From an uncultured Spirochaetota bacterium (lineage in GTDB: Bacteria; Spirochaetota; Brevinematia; Brevinematales; JAOACQ01): 64,000 nucleotides of DNA. A model generated the notes under the pieces. That model saw only the letters and a program-made list of their open reading frames with translations, was not told the DNA's origin and ran no database searches. The stretch lies in assembly GCA_963768055.1 (NCBI GenBank), contig CAVYGN010000002.1, positions 1,312,001 through 1,376,000 on the forward strand, given 5' to 3'. How positions within the stretch are numbered: position 1 is the first letter of the stretch; each line of letters opens with the position of its first letter. Made by a program: the position numbers and the translations under genes. Below are positions 59,951-64,000 of this stretch, piece after piece.

Positions 59951-60239
59951 TCAAGTAAACCTCTTATATTTGATGATGAACATCCGGGTGGAGTTAAACA
60001 TACTCATCCGTTAAATAAAATCGTAGCCTGGGATAAATAACTTCTTACATCTGCCGTTCTTCATAAATCAATCTGTGAAATCCGTAACAAATTATCACAG
60101 CTAGTCATTATTCATATTGATTAGAGTATATGCCATTATCTGTGTAATCCGTGTTTCCGTCTCCCTACCCTCCGTCTCCGCTCTTTCCGTGTACTCTACT
60201 ATTCTTTGTGCCTCTACGGTGATCCCCCGTCAGTTTTGA

Positions 60240-61139
60240 TCATGACATAACCAACTCATGAAGCAATCCGTCCACCGAAGCAGGGGGTGCTCCGGTAGCC
60301 CGCTCTACGGTATCGGAAACAGGACCTTCAAACAATTGAAACCCTCCGCAGTAATCGACAATTTGCTGCGCCGATTCCAAGGTCATACCGTTCGCCGCCA
60401 ATCTTTCCACTACTTCCTTGCCGGGCAGGATTTGAGCCTCTAATTTACGCCCATGCAGGCTTGACCATCTCTGCGCTAAGTCGGCAAGGCCGAGCGCTTC
60501 AGGACCTGTTACTTCTACGGCCCCGTTAAACAAAGCCTTACCTGTCAAAACATAAGCTGCTGTGCGGGCATAATCCTCATGCGAAACCCAGCAGGGCCTG
60601 CCGGAACCTTCCGGTACGAGCAATTGATCGCCTATGCGCAAAGCATTAAGAAAATACGGTACTCCATCCATCCAGATATTCATACAAAGCGCCGTCCAGG
60701 CGGCGCCGGAACGGGCAAGTTCCTGCATAGTTTGCCCATGGCCCCGCGTCCAGGGATTTTCATCATCTTTATTCGCCGCATCCGGCAAAGCTGTACTCGT
60801 GATATGCCGTATTCCTGCTTTGATTGCGGCTGCGATTGCAGCCCTTTGCTGAGCAGAGCGTTTTTCCATTGGATATTCATTAGTACCGATAATCAGCAGC
60901 CTCGTTGCACCGGAAAATGCTGCTGGCAAGGCCGAGGGATCGTTGAAATCGGCTCTTCGAACAGTAACCCCTTGAACTGTAAAATCCGCCAACAGTTCAG
61001 GATTCCGAGTCGTTGCGAGGATTTGCTTTGCCGGCACAAGATCCAGTAAATAAGTAACAACAAGACGGCCAAGGCGGCCATTAGCGCCGGTAAGACAATA
61101 AATATCGTCCGGGTTGACATTTCCGTTATTATTTAACAT
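60240..61139 (-). CDS. NmrA-like/atypical SDR NAD(P)H-binding oxidoreductase
   Basis: LTGANGRLG, VRRADF, AFSGATRLLII, VTGPEAL. ATG at 61139 has GGAGG 7 nt upstream (the ORF track extends to 61232). Confidence 0.88.
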   Translation of the reverse strand: MLNNNGNVNPDDIYCLTGANGRLGRLVVTYLLDLVPAKQILATTRNPELLADFTVQGVTVRRADFNDPSALPAAFSGATRLLIIGTNEYPMEKRSAQQRAAIAAAIKAGIRHITSTALPDAANKDDENPWTRGHGQTMQELARSGAAWTALCMNIWMDGVPYFLNALRIGDQLLVPEGSGRPCWVSHEDYARTAAYVLTGKALFNGAVEVTGPEALGLADLAQRWSSLHGRKLEAQILPGKEVVERLAANGMTLESAQQIVDYCGGFQLFEGPVSDTVERATGAPPASVDGLLHELVMS

Positions 61140-61265
61140 AAAACATCCTCCTATCCATTTGAAATAAATTATACACCCTGTTGTATAGAACAGTGTCAAG
61201 CTTTTATTAAGAAAGGATAGTTTTTTTTTCAAGGTTTGCCTTGGTTTTCACAGGTGTGGTTTCCA

Positions 61266-63752
61266 TTACCCCGCAATATCGTATACGCTTCTCACCCTCA
61301 AAGCCTCTCCCGCTTCGTCAAGCGTCATACCCCTCGACATCCCCGCCTTCTCCGCCCTGATCTCCCTTGTCATGCCCGGAGAGATATCGAAGTAATTGTC
61401 GCTGAAAACCGCGTCGACCCCTTTAAAAGAAACTTCAACACATTTAGCCGGCGCCCCGCAATCGACCTTTATTATAAAACAGTCTTTTTTCTCCTCGGTG
61501 TCGCACCTGAGTAAAGGTTTTAAGAATTGAAAATGCTTGGGCTTTACGAAAAGGAGCATTTGATAGGACTCCGCATCTCCTTCCAAGAAGCATTCAAAAT
61601 AATTTTCCCGTGAAGTAGAAAAATTCAGCTCCCCCGCATGAGCGGACGAGAATTCCGGGCAGGCGGATTCGATCCTGCCCTCCGATATAATATTTCCGTT
61701 ATTTGACCTGTGCCTCCAGTGGATGGTTTGATTTATCGGCAAGGCTGTTTCATTTGCGACAATTAGCGAGATTTGTCCGTTCTCCTCCGAAGCGCATAAA
61801 AGCACACGCGAGAAAAACCTCTTTGCAAAATAATGGAGGGCCTTCCAGCGGCCGAAATAATCTATGGATGACCAGGAAGCGCCCGGCCAGCAGTCGTTAA
61901 GCTGCCAGTAAAGTGCCCCCATGCAGCGGCCCCTGTTAGTCCTCCAGTGTTCGACCCCCGTTCGCATGGCTTCGGCCTGGAGGAGCTCCGACGCGTAAAT
62001 CAGGGACGGAAAATCCTTCGGATAAAGGAAATATTCCGACAGGTAATACATGATCTTTCCGTTGGCCGACGAGTTTTTCTGGTGCTTTTCCATTACATAC
62101 GAGAAAATGTTCCTGTCCTCAGGGATTGTGAAACTTTCTATTGTTGTAGCGCAGGGGAAAGCTTGAAATCCGAATTCGGATAGAAATCTGAAATAGTGTT
62201 TCCGGTACTCTGAAAAAGGCTTTCCCCCATGCCAGACCTCCCAGTAATGCGTATCGCCCCTGTTTTCGTCGTTAGGATTGTCGAATGACCCCCCGGAAGA
62301 GGGCGAAGAGGGATGGTAACAAATATCCGGCGCAAGGCGGCGGCAGACGGCGGGCAGGACTTCTTCGAAGAGTTTTATATAATCGGTCTTCTGCTTATCC
62401 GTTTTTGGGAAGTCCCATGAAAAGAGCGCCGATTCGATCTCGTTATTGCCGCAGAATAGGGCTATGCAAGGATGATGCCTTATCCTCCTGACATTATATT
62501 CGGCCTCCGCGGTCACGTTTTCAAGGAAACCCTCGTCGAGTTTGTAAATACCGCATGCAAACATGAAATCCTGCCATACGAGGAGGCCGTAACGGTCACA
62601 AAGCTCATAAAAATAGTCGTCGGGATAGAATCCTCCCCCCCATACCCGCAGGAAGTTGAAATTCGCCAGTGCGCAGTCCCGGACCAGGTTTTCAAGTTTA
62701 TCGATTGTATTACGGCATACAAAGTTGTCCTGGGGAATGATATCCGCGCCCATCGCGAAAATTGACTTGCCGTTAACGCTGAATTCGAAGCTTTCTCCCC
62801 ATTCGTCTTTCTCCCTTTTTAGTTTTACTGTCCTGAAACCTACCGTAATATCTCTGTTATCGATAATGTTTCCTGAAGGGTCGAGGAGTTCCAGAGTGAG
62901 GTTGTAAAGGGGCTGGCTGCCGTATCCGTTGGGCTGCCAGAGTTTCACATCCGGCACCTCTATTTCGGCCTCTAATTCGCCAAGTTTTATTTCAACTGTA
63001 AGAGAAGAGCGGTAAAAATCCGGTCCGGAAAGCATAACCCGGCATGAATATATAGATTGGCGGAGCATTTTTAACCTTGCCATGACCTTGAGCCGGCCGT
63101 TCTTTTCCTCCAATATCTGAGAGGTTTCTATATCCGTAAAATAAGCACCCGCTGGGGCGATAAATCCAATTCCGCGCCAGATCCCCGAATCCGGAAGTTT
63201 CGGGCCCCAGTCCCAGCCGAACATATAATGGGCTTTACGCAGGCGGGGAAATCCGGCTGAAGCTTCTGCAGCCCCCCAGACCGGCTCCGCTTTCTGTTTT
63301 TCCTCGATGTATTTTACAGGGGATTTTAATCTTATTTCGATCCTGTTGGTCCCGGCTTTAAGAAAACCTGCGCATTCGAATTCGTATTTTCTGTGCATGT
63401 TATCCGTAGCCGCAAGGAATTTTCCATTCAACAGTATTTCCGACAGCGTGTCGATGCCCTCGCAATACAGGCATATGGAATCCGAAAACAAGAAAGCATC
63501 ATCCAGAACGAATTCCCTAAAATAAACGAAATCCTCGTTGAACAGAAAACAGAGTTTATCCTCGTTATCGCGGTAAAAAGGGTCGGGGATTTTTCCGGCT
63601 TTCACAAGCGTATCGAGCACAGTGCCGGGAACTTCGCATGGGATTATCTCCCCTGTCAATTCCCGGAGAAGAGACCAGGGGCCGTCGAGCTTGAATGTTT
63701 TCATTGAAAACCCCCGGCTGATATTATAATAACCGGCTTTTGAATAATCCAT
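61266..63752 (-). CDS. GH2 beta-mannosidase (likely start 63704)
   Basis: RKAHYMFGWDWGP, RVWGGG, VWQDFMFAC, CGNNE, GDTHYW, SEFGFQ, YWQLNDCWP, WSSIDY. Confidence 0.93.
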   Translation of the reverse strand: MDYSKAGYYNISRGFSMKTFKLDGPWSLLRELTGEIIPCEVPGTVLDTLVKAGKIPDPFYRDNEDKLCFLFNEDFVYFREFVLDDAFLFSDSICLYCEGIDTLSEILLNGKFLAATDNMHRKYEFECAGFLKAGTNRIEIRLKSPVKYIEEKQKAEPVWGAAEASAGFPRLRKAHYMFGWDWGPKLPDSGIWRGIGFIAPAGAYFTDIETSQILEEKNGRLKVMARLKMLRQSIYSCRVMLSGPDFYRSSLTVEIKLGELEAEIEVPDVKLWQPNGYGSQPLYNLTLELLDPSGNIIDNRDITVGFRTVKLKREKDEWGESFEFSVNGKSIFAMGADIIPQDNFVCRNTIDKLENLVRDCALANFNFLRVWGGGFYPDDYFYELCDRYGLLVWQDFMFACGIYKLDEGFLENVTAEAEYNVRRIRHHPCIALFCGNNEIESALFSWDFPKTDKQKTDYIKLFEEVLPAVCRRLAPDICYHPSSPSSGGSFDNPNDENRGDTHYWEVWHGGKPFSEYRKHYFRFLSEFGFQAFPCATTIESFTIPEDRNIFSYVMEKHQKNSSANGKIMYYLSEYFLYPKDFPSLIYASELLQAEAMRTGVEHWRTNRGRCMGALYWQLNDCWPGASWSSIDYFGRWKALHYFAKRFFSRVLLCASEENGQISLIVANETALPINQTIHWRHRSNNGNIISEGRIESACPEFSSAHAGELNFSTSRENYFECFLEGDAESYQMLLFVKPKHFQFLKPLLRCDTEEKKDCFIIKVDCGAPAKCVEVSFKGVDAVFSDNYFDISPGMTREIRAEKAGMSRGMTLDEAGEALRVRSVYDIAG

Positions 63753-63775
63753 AAAAAAATAAAAAGGAATTCCTG

Positions 63776-63816
63776 TTGACAGGGAGTAAAACCTGTGTTA
63801 GTTTTATGTTAGTTTT
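63776..63816 (+). promoter_or_regulatory. sigma70 promoter with an overlapping direct repeat
   Basis: TTGACA-N17-TAGTTT with extended TG. TGTTAGTTTT repeated at 63796 and 63807. Confidence 0.5.
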
Positions 63817-63832
63817 GGAAAGGGAGGCGTGT

Positions 63833-64000
63833 ATGAAAGCCATTGTGATCCATGAATTCGGCGGGCCGGATGTATTAAAATATGAAGAAACAGCCCTGCC
63901 CGAAGCGCCTGGGGAAGGACAGGTGCTTGTGAAGGTATATGCCGCGGGAGTGAATCCCGCCGATACATATACAAGGGCAGGCAATTATGCGGTTAAACCG
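63833..64000 (+). CDS. NADPH:quinone oxidoreductase (MDR family), truncated by window end
   Basis: MKAIVIHEFGGPDVLKYEE...VLVKVYAAGVNPADTYTRAG. GGGAGG RBS. Confidence 0.88.
   Translation, partial: MKAIVIHEFGGPDVLKYEETALPEAPGEGQVLVKVYAAGVNPADTYTRAGNYAVKP

Overview
A 64-kb chromosomal segment from a flagellated, chemotactic bacterium. The gene repertoire looks Spirochaetota-like, but that is an inference. About 47 CDS are supportable. Housekeeping genes include mutL, lgt, gltX, clpP-clpX-lon, xseB, argC, dinB, lepB and mnmG. Signalling genes include a sugar-binding-domain GGDEF protein, PilZ, HD-GYP, two MCPs, a stand-alone Cache protein and an NtrY/NtrX-like pair behind a sigma54-type promoter. 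Envelope genes include a Ppm1-like synthase, a PMT-family mannosyltransferase with a PA14 protein, and a capD/GT4/wbaP cluster. There are also two paralogous B12-binding radical SAM enzymes and an orphan flgG. I found no rRNA, tRNA, CRISPR array or intact transposase. The most unusual signals are intergenic. (1) Two homologous ~260-280 bp elements (14897-15173, 36967-37222) have ~90-100 bp imperfect inverted arms with compensatory changes around a conserved ~76 bp AT-rich core, and each starts at a stop codon. (2) A tandem pair of ~54-nt covarying hairpins with GA/GA internal loops lies after yjbQ. (3) Two accessory islets and a gene-free site share inverted CACAGA/TCTGTG-type flanks, suggesting a repeat-bounded cassette system. 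(4) There is a four-copy MITE-like family. (5) An in-frame 18-bp VNTR lies at the 5' end of mnmG. All alignments and family calls were made by eye, without database searches.
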